Below, piece by piece: positions 55,074 through 64,000 of a stretch of 64,000 bases of DNA. The position numbers and the translations under genes were made by a program. Under the pieces are notes generated by a model, which searched no databases, was not told the DNA's origin, and was given only the letters and a program-made list of their open reading frames with translations. Numbering within the stretch: position 1 is the stretch's first letter; each line of letters opens with the position of its first letter. Source of the stretch: Bdellovibrionota bacterium (GTDB lineage: Bacteria > Bdellovibrionota_C > UBA2361 > JBIKWN01); assembly GCA_044356295.1 (NCBI GenBank), contig JBIKWN010000002.1, positions 64,001 to 128,000 on the forward strand, written 5' to 3'.

Positions 55074-56187
55074 TGAGTAATTTCCTATCTAAAATTGAAT
55101 TCAACGTTTGTGAGTTTGTTACTCTTTTTACAATTTCACTTGCTATCTGATTGAGAGGAACAATCGCATCTGCGATTCCAGCTTGTGCCACAAAGCCTGG
55201 CATTCCCCAAACGACACTCGTAGATTCATCTTGAACAATGACTGAACCGCCGGCCTCCTTGATATGTTGACATCCTCTTAGTCCATCCTGCCCCATACCA
55301 GTAAGAATGACAGCAAGGACGCCCCCTCCGTAAATGGGCACAATCGACCGAAATAGCACATCAACTGCGGGACGACACGAATTTTCTTGTGGTTCTTGTT
55401 GCAGTACTGTAACAATATTTGTTCCACTTCGTTTTGCCTCTAAATGAAAATCACCGGGGGCAATATATATCTCCCCTTTTGTAATTTTCATATTACTTGA
55501 AGCTTCAATAATATGAAGCTCAGATTGACCATCAAGCCGTTCCGCCAAAAGACGAGTAAACATTGGTGGCATATGCTGGACGATCATTATAGGAACAGGA
55601 AAATCTTTTGGAAGAGCTGGAATAACTTCAGCAAGGGCATTGGGGCCCCCTGTTGATACCCCAATGACAACTATTTCGATTGGTGTCATTGAATGTTTCG
55701 GTTGGGCAAGCGAGACAGCATTTTGTTTAGGTAATGAAGATATTGTTACAGCCTGGGGTGTAAACTTTAATAGTCCAGATGATGGAACAAGGTTTTTAAT
55801 TTTACTTATCAGTACTTCTTTTACTGCTTCTTTTGCATTGGTTACATTTCCAACATTAGCAGGCTTTGTAACATAATCTGAGGCACCACGACTTAATGCC
55901 TCCATTGTCGATTTTGCCCCTCGCTCTGTAAGCGTACTAAACATTATTATTGGAATTTTTGGATAGTCTTTTCGGATTAGAGGTATTGTATCTAAGCCTG
56001 ATAATTCAGGCATTTCAATATCTAGAGTAATAATATCAGGATTTACCTGAGGGATTTTTTGTAAGGCAATTTTACCATTTGCTGCAGTACCAACTACTTC
56101 AATCTGAGGATCGCTCGATAGAACATCGGTAAGAATTTTTCTAATAACAACGGCATCATCTACAACAAGTACTCGAATCTTTGGCAT
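55066..56187 (-). CDS. cheB: Chemotaxis response regulator methylesterase CheB
   Basis: Receiver domain plus GVSTGGP, QHMP, RPAVD and LTGMGQDG motifs (track start 56208). Confidence 0.95.
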   Translation of the reverse strand: MPKIRVLVVDDAVVIRKILTDVLSSDPQIEVVGTAANGKIALQKIPQVNPDIITLDIEMPELSGLDTIPLIRKDYPKIPIIMFSTLTERGAKSTMEALSRGASDYVTKPANVGNVTNAKEAVKEVLISKIKNLVPSSGLLKFTPQAVTISSLPKQNAVSLAQPKHSMTPIEIVVIGVSTGGPNALAEVIPALPKDFPVPIMIVQHMPPMFTRLLAERLDGQSELHIIEASSNMKITKGEIYIAPGDFHLEAKRSGTNIVTVLQQEPQENSCRPAVDVLFRSIVPIYGGGVLAVILTGMGQDGLRGCQHIKEAGGSVIVQDESTSVVWGMPGFVAQAGIADAIVPLNQIASEIVKRVTNSQTLNSILDRKLLNA

Positions 56188-56188
56188 A

Positions 56189-56602
56189 CTATGATCCCTC
56201 TTGCCCAAAAGTTTCTTCGCTAGAGCTCAGAATCCCAATCATATGCAATTTTTCTTCTAGAATTTCCTTTGTAAATGGTTTCATTATGTATTCATCGATT
56301 CCAGATTCTAATGCAATGGCAACTTGTTCCATCTCCATTTCAGTAGTAACCATAACTATTTTAACAGAACTGAATTGCTCACTGCTCCTTGTACGGCGAA
56401 CAAATTCAATACCGTTCATGATCGGCATATTCCAATCGACAAGAACCAGTGCTGTATCAGTATGTTGTGCTAATACTTCAAGCGCATGTTGACCATTACT
56501 TGCTTCAACAGTGGCGATACCTACACCAGCGAGTATTTTGCAAATAATACTTCTAATTGTTGATGAATCGTCGATCACTAAAGCTTTAGTCATAAAAATC
56601 AA
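56189..56602 (-). CDS. cheY: CheY-like response regulator
   Basis: VIDDS, LVDWNMP, VTT and YIMKPF motifs. Confidence 0.9.
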   Translation of the reverse strand: MIFMTKALVIDDSSTIRSIICKILAGVGIATVEASNGQHALEVLAQHTDTALVLVDWNMPIMNGIEFVRRTRSSEQFSSVKIVMVTTEMEMEQVAIALESGIDEYIMKPFTKEILEEKLHMIGILSSSEETFGQEGS

Positions 56603-56607
56603 TCTTA

Positions 56608-57000
56608 TTAGTTAGTAAGTTCATTTATTAAAGGATAAATACCTAATAAAGCTAATTTGTCCCTTAGTATGTCCGAAGTAAGAGGGAGCATAATGTATTC
56701 ATCTATACCTTCATTGAGTGCTGTGATTACATATTCCATTTCATTTTGCGTCGTCACCATTATTACTTTTAAGTCTGTCTGTTTTTTATCATTCCTTGCT
56801 GAACGAAGAAATTCAATTCCATTCATAGTCGGCATATTCCAATCTAAGAGAACTATTTCTATGTCTTCATTTTTTACAAGTACGTTCAACGCATCGAGTC
56901 CATTTTCTGCTTGCATAGTTTCAAATCCAAAACGCTGAAGCATTTTAGCAATAACGACTCTTGTTACTGGTGAATCATCAACAACTAGGATCTTTTTCAT
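56608..57000 (-). CDS. cheY: CheY-like response regulator with the conserved Lys replaced by Leu
   Basis: VVDDS, LLDWNMP and VTT motifs, but YIMLPL in place of YIMKPF. Confidence 0.85.
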   Translation of the reverse strand: MKKILVVDDSPVTRVVIAKMLQRFGFETMQAENGLDALNVLVKNEDIEIVLLDWNMPTMNGIEFLRSARNDKKQTDLKVIMVTTQNEMEYVITALNEGIDEYIMLPLTSDILRDKLALLGIYPLINELTN

Positions 57001-57024
57001 AATTCTTTTCTATTAGTACAATCT

Positions 57025-57060
57025 AAAGCCAAAAGAGAGACCCAAGAGTAGGTCTCTCTT
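57025..57060 (-). terminator. Intra-operon hairpin/terminator after the MCP gene
   Basis: AAGAGAGACC/GGTCTCTCTT 10-bp stem followed by a T-rich tail on the minus strand. Confidence 0.55.
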
Positions 57061-57077
57061 CAATAACATAATCATCT

Positions 57078-58796
57078 TTATTTTAATTGCTGAACAATAT
57101 CTTGAAGACCTACTACCATTTTTGCTACTTCTTCAGCAGCGATTTTAGTATTTCTAGCACCAGACGTTGTATCCTGCGCCCCTCGAGCTACGCTAGAAAT
57201 ATTCTCAGCAATTTCATTACTTCCGCGAGCAGCTTCAGCAACGTTACGTGACATTTCATTTGTAGTAGCAGTTTGTTCTTCAACCGCACTCGCTATTGTA
57301 TTAGAAATATCATTAACCTTAGATATGACTTCTCCAATTTCAGAAATAGCTCTGACTGTTCCCTGAGTATCGTTTTGAATTGCAGCAATTTTTTGCGATA
57401 TCTCTTCGGTTGCCCGAGCAGTTTCTTTGGCAAGCTCTTTGACTTCATTTGCAACAACTGCAAACCCTTTTCCTGCTTCTCCTGCACGAGCTGCTTCGAT
57501 AGTCGCGTTAAGCGCTAATAGGTTTGTTTGTTCAGCAATTGAATTAATCACTTTTATAACTTTACCAATCTCTATTGAGCTAACACCAAGCTTATCAACG
57601 ATTTCTGAAGTTGATTTAGCAACCTTAACAGCATGACTCGCAACTTTTGCAGACTCTGCTGCATTCGATGCAATCTCACGGATACTTGCACTCATCTCTT
57701 CAGTTCCAGTAGCAACCGTTTGCACGTTTTTACTCACTTCCTCGGCTGCTGCAGACACAACATTTGCTTGGTTAGCAGTTTCATTTGCCAGATTACCCAT
57801 TTGATCGCTTGTTGCAGTCAATTCTTGTGCACAAGATGCTAGTGTTTGTGATGTAACATCAACATTCTTCATAGCCGCTTCAATTAACAAACGTCGCTGA
57901 ACTTGTTCAGTGACGTCTGTTGCAATTTTGATAACCTTTGAGATACGTCCCATCTCATCTTTTACAGGCGCATATACTGCTTGGATCCAAATCTCTTTGC
58001 CATTCTTAGTGATACGCTTAAAGACATCTGATTTAGTGATTCCAGCATTTAAGTCACTCCAAAACTGTGCATACTCTGGTAAATTAGAGTATGAGGATTC
58101 AACAAACATTCGATGATGCTTACCTTTAATTTCCTCGAGACTATAGCCTAATGTTTTTTGGAAATTTGCATTCGCTTGAAGGACATTACCTTTAGTATCA
58201 AACTCAATATACGCATATGCCTCATCAATTGCCCCCAAGATTCCTTTCATATTCTGGCGTTCAATCTCAGCATCAGTAATATCGTATCGAACACCAAGAT
58301 ATTTTCTTGGTTTTCCATTTTCTCCAAGTACTGGTGCAATTACAGCATCAACATAATATGGGGTGCCATCTTTCTTACGATTTTTAATAATACCACGGAA
58401 CATCTTTCCTCGACCAATAGTCTGCCAAAGCTCTTTAAATACTTCTTTGGGCATATCGGGGTGACGAGTAGTACTGTGTGGCTGACCAATTAGTTCTTCT
58501 TTGCTATACTGAGAAATCTCACAGAATTTTTCGTTTATTGATACGATATCACCTTTCAAATCAGCTTCTGAAACAATACTTGTAAGGTTTGTAATCTGAG
58601 CTCTAACTCGAAGTTCTTCGAGCTCAAGTTCTTGTTCAGCAAGCTTATTTTTCAACTCTGCTATTAAATTTTCTGACTTCGTCTCAAGTAAATCTTGTTC
58701 AATATCGAGAGCATCATTTTCAATGATCTCAGTATGCTGACCTTTACCATTAGTATGCTTATCCATTTTACCTGTCCCTTTATTTAAATTATCCAT
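57078..58796 (-). CDS. Soluble methyl-accepting chemotaxis protein with two PAS domains
   Basis: Two PAS/PAC repeats, no TM segment, signalling motif [34 protein letters not shown]. Confidence 0.93.
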   Translation of the reverse strand: MDNLNKGTGKMDKHTNGKGQHTEIIENDALDIEQDLLETKSENLIAELKNKLAEQELELEELRVRAQITNLTSIVSEADLKGDIVSINEKFCEISQYSKEELIGQPHSTTRHPDMPKEVFKELWQTIGRGKMFRGIIKNRKKDGTPYYVDAVIAPVLGENGKPRKYLGVRYDITDAEIERQNMKGILGAIDEAYAYIEFDTKGNVLQANANFQKTLGYSLEEIKGKHHRMFVESSYSNLPEYAQFWSDLNAGITKSDVFKRITKNGKEIWIQAVYAPVKDEMGRISKVIKIATDVTEQVQRRLLIEAAMKNVDVTSQTLASCAQELTATSDQMGNLANETANQANVVSAAAEEVSKNVQTVATGTEEMSASIREIASNAAESAKVASHAVKVAKSTSEIVDKLGVSSIEIGKVIKVINSIAEQTNLLALNATIEAARAGEAGKGFAVVANEVKELAKETARATEEISQKIAAIQNDTQGTVRAISEIGEVISKVNDISNTIASAVEEQTATTNEMSRNVAEAARGSNEIAENISSVARGAQDTTSGARNTKIAAEEVAKMVVGLQDIVQQLK

Positions 58797-58811
58797 GTCA
58801 AACCCCTAAAA

Positions 58812-59267
58812 TTAATTTTTACTCTCTATACAAGCCTTTGCATTCAGTACTAACAATAGTTCCTCTTTCAATTTGAACACTCCATCCAGTATCCCTCTGA
58901 TGTGAGCTTTTACAGTTTCAGGAGTTAGTTCAAAATCATCTTTCTTTGTTTCAATAACATCGCCAATCGAATCCACAAGGAGGCTGATGGTCTCTTCCCC
59001 AGTATGAACAATAACATTCATCGGTTTGTTCTCATTTGATTCTGTTTCAACTTTTAAAAGTGTTCGAAGATCTAAGGCTGCCATTATCTGTCCACGAAGA
59101 TTGATGAGTCCTTTAACTGCGGGTGGAGCAAGCGGAACAGGAGTCATCGCTTGATAACGAATTATTTCTTGTACTTGAAGGACATCTACTCCAAAGAGAA
59201 GTCCACCAGCTCGAAAAGTAACAAATTGTGATGCGAGTGGATTATTATTTTGTATAACTTTTTCCAT
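58812..59267 (-). CDS. cheW: CheW coupling protein
   Basis: FVTF, VQEII, GLINLRGQI and LLVDSIGDV motifs. Confidence 0.93.
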   Translation of the reverse strand: MEKVIQNNNPLASQFVTFRAGGLLFGVDVLQVQEIIRYQAMTPVPLAPPAVKGLINLRGQIMAALDLRTLLKVETESNENKPMNVIVHTGEETISLLVDSIGDVIETKKDDFELTPETVKAHIRGILDGVFKLKEELLLVLNAKACIESKN

Positions 59268-61624
59268 TAGTGAGCCTCCTCAAGTGACGTCAGTTGAGTA
59301 GTAAACAGTTCTTGCGATCTTAGAATTGCTTGTAAATCCAATAAATCTGTTACCTTTCCTTGAATTACTCCTGAACCAATCAAACCAGTTTTTTGATATG
59401 GAGTTTCAACTTTAACTATCTGTTCAACGATATCGACAATACGCTCGACAATAAATCCAACGAATTGACCTCCACAACAGTATACAAAAGTATGTATCTT
59501 ATTAGTGTCATCACTATCGATACGTCCATAGAAAGCTCTTAAATCCACAAGGGGAAGGATTCCATCACGATATTGCACAACAAGATGATCTCCTGCTTGT
59601 TCAAGATTTTCTAAATAAAATTCCTCTAAACGATATACATTTTCAAGAGGAACGGCAGCGCGTTTATTCTGTGCAAGTTCAAAGACAAACATTTTTGCTT
59701 GCTCTTGACCTGAGATATTCTCAACAGTTGTTTGTTGCAAACGAGACATGGTTTCTTGTTTAGCAATTTGAGCTTTACGGGCAAGCCCTACAACATCAAG
59801 AATAAGAGCAACTTGCCCATCACCCATGATTGTTGCACCGGCAAAGGTAGGGATGGTTTTTAGTAACCGTCCCAGTGGTTTTACTACAATTTCCTCAGTA
59901 TCGTGAATTGCATCGACAACAAGACCAAATTGATGATTGTCTGCTCTAACAACAACGATACTTAGTATTCCTGATTTTTTAAAAAACGTTTGTGGATCTG
60001 AATCCGAACCTGTTATTTCAAACTGCTCATTGAGATATACTAATGGTAAAATTTTACCGCGAAGACGATAAAAATCAGATCCTTGGATTCTTTCAATTGA
60101 TTTTTCAAGCTGCTCACCTTCGAGCCTTACCAATTCAAGTAAATTTACTTGTGGTATTGCATAGCGATTTCCGTTTGTAGTGACAATCAATCCTGGGATA
60201 ATTGCTAACGTTAGAGGGATTTTAATAGTAAATTTTGTCCCTTTTCCAACATTACTAGAAACATCAACAGCGCCTCCAATTCGTTCTATATTCGCACGAA
60301 CAACATCCATTCCAACACCGCGTCCTGAAATGTTTGTAATTTTTTCAGCTGTACTAAATCCTGGTAAAAAAATGAGGCGGTGCACTTCAGCCTCAGTCAT
60401 TTGCGAGGCTTTTTCTGCACTAATAAGACCTTTTTCTAATGCTTTTTCTTTAATGCGTGTAGTATTAAGTCCAGCGCCATCATCAGAAATTTCGATTACT
60501 ACCTGCCCCCCTTCATGAAAAGCGTGCATAACAAGAGTGCCCTCTTCGTTTTTGAGTGCAGCTTTTCTACGTTCAGGCGTCTCAATTCCATGATCAACCG
60601 AGTTACGAATGATATGTGTCAGTGGATCTTTAATTGCTTCAATAATAGTTTTATCGAGCTCGGTTTGTTTACCTTGCATTTCAAGAAGGACTTTCTTGCC
60701 GCAGGTATGAGACATATCTCGAACCACTCGAGGCAACTTATCCCATACAGTTGAAATAGGTTGCATGCGCGTCCTCATCACACCATCTTGTAATTCAGAT
60801 GTAATCAGATTTAATCGTTGAGATGTACTGGCAAACTCAACGTCATTTTGTTTTTTAGTAAATTGAAGAATTTGATTTCGTGCTAAAACAAGCTCGCCTA
60901 CAAGATTCATTAACTTATCTAGAATTGTTACGTCAACACGCAAACTAGTATCTGCAAGTTCACTTTTTTTATTTTGATTTTCTTTAGCTTCTAGAGGAGT
61001 AGTAAGTTCATCTTTATCTTTCATTAAAGTCTCTTGCGATTCTTTTGTCTTTAATGAAGTTTGCATTGGTTGTATCTCTAATTCATTTTTTAAAGCAAAA
61101 AATAGCTTTTCTAAATCTTCTTCGGATTCTTCACTTTTATCCTCTGGGATATTGTTAGGCAGTTCGTCTACTACTTCACTTAAGTTAATTATAACTTCCG
61201 AAGATTTATCGGATGTCTTTTGATGCGTACCACGATTCGGCTTGTCATTCAGTGTTGTAAGCACTGAAATGATCTTAGAATAATCACCATCACCTTCATT
61301 TCCAGTCTGTTCAATGGAAGATAATAATTCCCGTAATATGTCTGTAAGTTGTAAAAGTGCTGTAATTATTTCTTCGGTAACGATAACTTCTTCACTTCTC
61401 AGTGAATCAAGTAGATTCTCACCAACATGACTGACTTTTTCTAATTTAGAAAAATCAAAAAAACCACAGGTACCTTTGACCGTATGTATAATGCGGAAGA
61501 TTTTATTTATCGTCTCCAAATTAGAAGGATCTGATTCAAGAGCAAGTAGCTCTCGATCGAGTTGCTCGAGATTTTCAAAACTCTCGACTAAGAACTCTTT
61601 GACTGTCTCATCTAATTCTGACAT
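59267..61624 (-). CDS. cheA: Chemotaxis histidine kinase CheA with an extra C-terminal CheW-like domain
   Basis: FRIIHTVKG (HPt), NLVGELVLARN, HIIRNSVDHGIE and SGRGVGMDVV motifs. Confidence 0.96.
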   Translation of the reverse strand: MSELDETVKEFLVESFENLEQLDRELLALESDPSNLETINKIFRIIHTVKGTCGFFDFSKLEKVSHVGENLLDSLRSEEVIVTEEIITALLQLTDILRELLSSIEQTGNEGDGDYSKIISVLTTLNDKPNRGTHQKTSDKSSEVIINLSEVVDELPNNIPEDKSEESEEDLEKLFFALKNELEIQPMQTSLKTKESQETLMKDKDELTTPLEAKENQNKKSELADTSLRVDVTILDKLMNLVGELVLARNQILQFTKKQNDVEFASTSQRLNLITSELQDGVMRTRMQPISTVWDKLPRVVRDMSHTCGKKVLLEMQGKQTELDKTIIEAIKDPLTHIIRNSVDHGIETPERRKAALKNEEGTLVMHAFHEGGQVVIEISDDGAGLNTTRIKEKALEKGLISAEKASQMTEAEVHRLIFLPGFSTAEKITNISGRGVGMDVVRANIERIGGAVDVSSNVGKGTKFTIKIPLTLAIIPGLIVTTNGNRYAIPQVNLLELVRLEGEQLEKSIERIQGSDFYRLRGKILPLVYLNEQFEITGSDSDPQTFFKKSGILSIVVVRADNHQFGLVVDAIHDTEEIVVKPLGRLLKTIPTFAGATIMGDGQVALILDVVGLARKAQIAKQETMSRLQQTTVENISGQEQAKMFVFELAQNKRAAVPLENVYRLEEFYLENLEQAGDHLVVQYRDGILPLVDLRAFYGRIDSDDTNKIHTFVYCCGGQFVGFIVERIVDIVEQIVKVETPYQKTGLIGSGVIQGKVTDLLDLQAILRSQELFTTQLTSLEEAH

Positions 61625-61853
61625 AGCTTTTTTCTTATTACGGGTAAAAAAGTATCCTTCACAGCACTTTTTTAGATGTGTATGTTCAACATTTCACTTC
61701 CAAATTTGATGTCGTTAGTTTTCGCTGAAGACTAAAGAAAAAAATCTCTTGAACTTGTAGGAAAATCCTTACAGCGTCCTAACCTAATTATTTTTGATTT
61801 GAGCTAAAAAAAACGGCAGTGTGTAGCTTACTAGCTCTAAGAGGTTTAAAAAT

Positions 61854-62483
61854 TTATTTAATAAGATTATTTAATAAAGCAAATTTTACTAAACTAGCGT
61901 TAGAATCAAGTTTTAATTTTTCTAAAATTCTTGCTCTATAAGTACTTACTGTTTTTGCACTAATTGATAATTCTGCTGCTATTTCCTTTAAAGCAGTTCC
62001 TTTTGCCAAGCAGAAAAATATAACGCGCTCTTTAGGTGAAAGGTTCGATATACAGGAAGAGAAAAGTTCCGGCTGAGATAACTTATTAATAAGCAATGGT
62101 GAGATACAACAATGCTCAGAAAGAGTAGCCTCTAAGGTTTGAATAAGTGTTTTTGCATGAATTCCTTCCTGTATGCATATTGTTGCTCCCGCTTCTAATG
62201 CTTGGCTTGTATAAGGTTCTTCTTCAGCCGAACGAAAGGCTATAATAGGTACATGGGGCTGTATTTCCCTTATCTTGCGTATAGTTTGAATCCCATTTTC
62301 TTGGTCTCGAAATAACCCTACAAGTAAGATTGAAAAAGTATTTTCTTTAAGCTTTTCAAACCCTGTATCGGCAGATGCACAATCAACAGTATGAGACTCT
62401 AAAAAATGTGAGCTGAGAATCTGTTTGATTCCTATGCGGAAAAGCTCAAAAGTATCTATAACAAGAAATGAAAATGTTTCGAT
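61854..62483 (-). CDS. NarL/LuxR-family regulator with a degenerate receiver domain; start codon non-canonical or mutated
   Basis: HTH LSPKE...IAAELSISAKTVSTYRARILEKL; frame stays open to 62513 and encodes a receiver-like fold; no in-frame ATG/GTG/TTG upstream of 62096. Confidence 0.7.
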   Translation of the reverse strand: METFSFLVIDTFELFRIGIKQILSSHFLESHTVDCASADTGFEKLKENTFSILLVGLFRDQENGIQTIRKIREIQPHVPIIAFRSAEEEPYTSQALEAGATICIQEGIHAKTLIQTLEATLSEHCCISPLLINKLSQPELFSSCISNLSPKERVIFFCLAKGTALKEIAAELSISAKTVSTYRARILEKLKLDSNASLVKFALLNNLIK

Positions 62484-62736
62484 TTCTGGAGCCTTAAAAA
62501 TAGAATTGTTAATTCAAATGGTTAGACAGGTGGAGAATCTCTGGGATCAACTTACTCCCATTATTCAATCGAATCAACAAATATAAATATGATCATTAAG
62601 GATACTCTAGGAACTTACTATTTACTCAAAGACAACACGCGATCAATCTGAACACGAATCTCTCTCTAATAGTACCAACTAAAGAAGCTAGCTGCACTGA
62701 GGAAGCTTAAGTAATTATTTTTTATCATATAATTCT

Positions 62737-63303
62737 CTATGACAGATTGTTTTGTAGTTTCTTTTTCCAAGCATAAAAACCCCATACAGAAAAGCACAGT
62801 AAGAAAAAAAATTGTACGGATGTCAGTGGTAATCCCTTACTCCAAAATAATGGAATTGAAATCATATTTACAACAAGCCAACAGATCCAATGCTCAATTC
62901 GTCTTTGATTCATTAGTATCATTCCAATGACTGAAAAACCTGTCACAACTGAATCAGTAAATGCCACAGTACTATTTGTATAATACGATAAAATTAGCCA
63001 AACAATTCCAATACTACCAATTAAAAAAAGACAAAATTTAATTCGCTGCGCTGCAGATAAAGTACCTATGGAAACATGCTGGCTGTCATCAGCGTTTTGA
63101 TACCAAGCAATCCACCCTGAAATAGACAAAAATCCAAAAAAAATGTTTACCGTCATATCTCCGTATAAGCCTCCTTGAAAGCAAAGCCATACATATAACA
63201 GCACACTAATAAGTCCAATAGGATAGGTATAGACATGCCGTTGAATCGAGAAAAGAACACTTCCTATTCCAGTAATAACAGCAATCAATTCAAGTGGATT
63301 CAC
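62737..63303 (-). CDS. pnuC: Nicotinamide riboside transporter PnuC family
   Basis: LELIAVITG, YPIGL, GLYGD, GWIAW, DSVVT..S and EHWICW motifs. Confidence 0.88.
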   Translation of the reverse strand: MNPLELIAVITGIGSVLFSIQRHVYTYPIGLISVLLYVWLCFQGGLYGDMTVNIFFGFLSISGWIAWYQNADDSQHVSIGTLSAAQRIKFCLFLIGSIGIVWLILSYYTNSTVAFTDSVVTGFSVIGMILMNQRRIEHWICWLVVNMISIPLFWSKGLPLTSVQFFFLLCFSVWGFYAWKKKLQNNLS

Positions 63304-63347
63304 CTACTCAGTATAGTATGAATAAGTGCTTACTTCGATAGGACCCT

Positions 63348-63929
63348 TTAATCAGCCTCAATAGTCATACAAAGATTGGTAGTAAGAATTCGAAGAGCTT
63401 TTTTAACCTCGCCAAACATATTGCCAAGATACTCTCCATTGTCTTTTGATATTTGACCCTTTTCATCAATGTAAGCTTGTAATGCTGAACATAGGTCTTC
63501 TGAAAGGTTAGCAACCTGAACTGCCCATTGTTTTCGAGTAATATCTAACTCTTGTTCAACAGGTGCATAAAATGCAAAGTCAGATCCTATTCGAATTGCT
63601 TCTCGAGCAGCTCCAAGACATCCAGTCGCATCAGTTTTTTCTGATACAGAATCACGCAGTCCCATCCGAGATTTTGGAAGTTTATTAATCTTTTCTTCTA
63701 ATGCTGTTACGGAAAAAAAGAGTTCAAGCGAAACATCTCTTAACGCTAATGGTGAAATTGTATTCTGTTGATGAAGTTCTTCATTTGAGAGGTTGATTGT
63801 ACTAGAATCTATACTACCAACACTCTTATTATTAGGTGTACTAATTTGAGCCGTTAGAAAAGCTTCGAGGGAGTTTTTTCTGAGCACTGTCGAACGCTTG
63901 TTAGTTTTATAATTTTCAATCTCTTCCAT
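63348..63929 (-). CDS. Hypothetical protein
   Basis: 193-aa ORF with a purine-rich RBS (GGGAGAGG) before ATG; no recognised motif. Confidence 0.55.
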   Translation of the reverse strand: MEEIENYKTNKRSTVLRKNSLEAFLTAQISTPNNKSVGSIDSSTINLSNEELHQQNTISPLALRDVSLELFFSVTALEEKINKLPKSRMGLRDSVSEKTDATGCLGAAREAIRIGSDFAFYAPVEQELDITRKQWAVQVANLSEDLCSALQAYIDEKGQISKDNGEYLGNMFGEVKKALRILTTNLCMTIEAD

Positions 63930-64000
63930 ATCCTCTCCCTTAACATAACTTAGAACTGCTAATTAAGATTCTATTCGGAGGATTATCGATTGCCGTTGAG

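Overview
AT-rich bacterial chromosomal window; the lineage cannot be assigned without a 16S search. (1) 1-23.3 kb: a surface-glycan/rare-sugar biosynthesis locus. It encodes NDP-sugar epimerases, GmhA- and HldE-like heptose enzymes, a stand-alone ThDP E1 alpha/beta pair, a C-methyltransferase and a DmpF/DmpG-SDR-YerE-like module that points to an acyl-branched sugar. It ends in a triplicated glycosyltransferase array with decayed methyltransferase scars and an IS91/ISCR-like remnant. (2) A FAD oxidoreductase and queC. (3) A minus-strand 16S-23S-5S operon with no spacer tRNAs. Its 23S gene is interrupted by a 408-nt ORF-less group I intron just 3' of the P-loop (after U2262, E. coli numbering, hand-counted). 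(4) An orphan flagellin whose surface domain carries seven FG-GAP repeats. (5) Membrane and housekeeping genes (nhaA, SLC13/TrkA-C permease, pgi, PmtA-like methyltransferase, pssA), including an intact but apparently ATPase-dead, shrunken UvrA paralogue. (6) A DUF58-transglutaminase-TPR-MoxR operon. (7) A chemotaxis operon cheA-cheW-mcp-cheY-cheY-cheB-cheR-cheX, a NarL-type pseudo-receiver regulator with no canonical start codon, and pnuC. All family calls come from motif recognition by eye; no searches were run.
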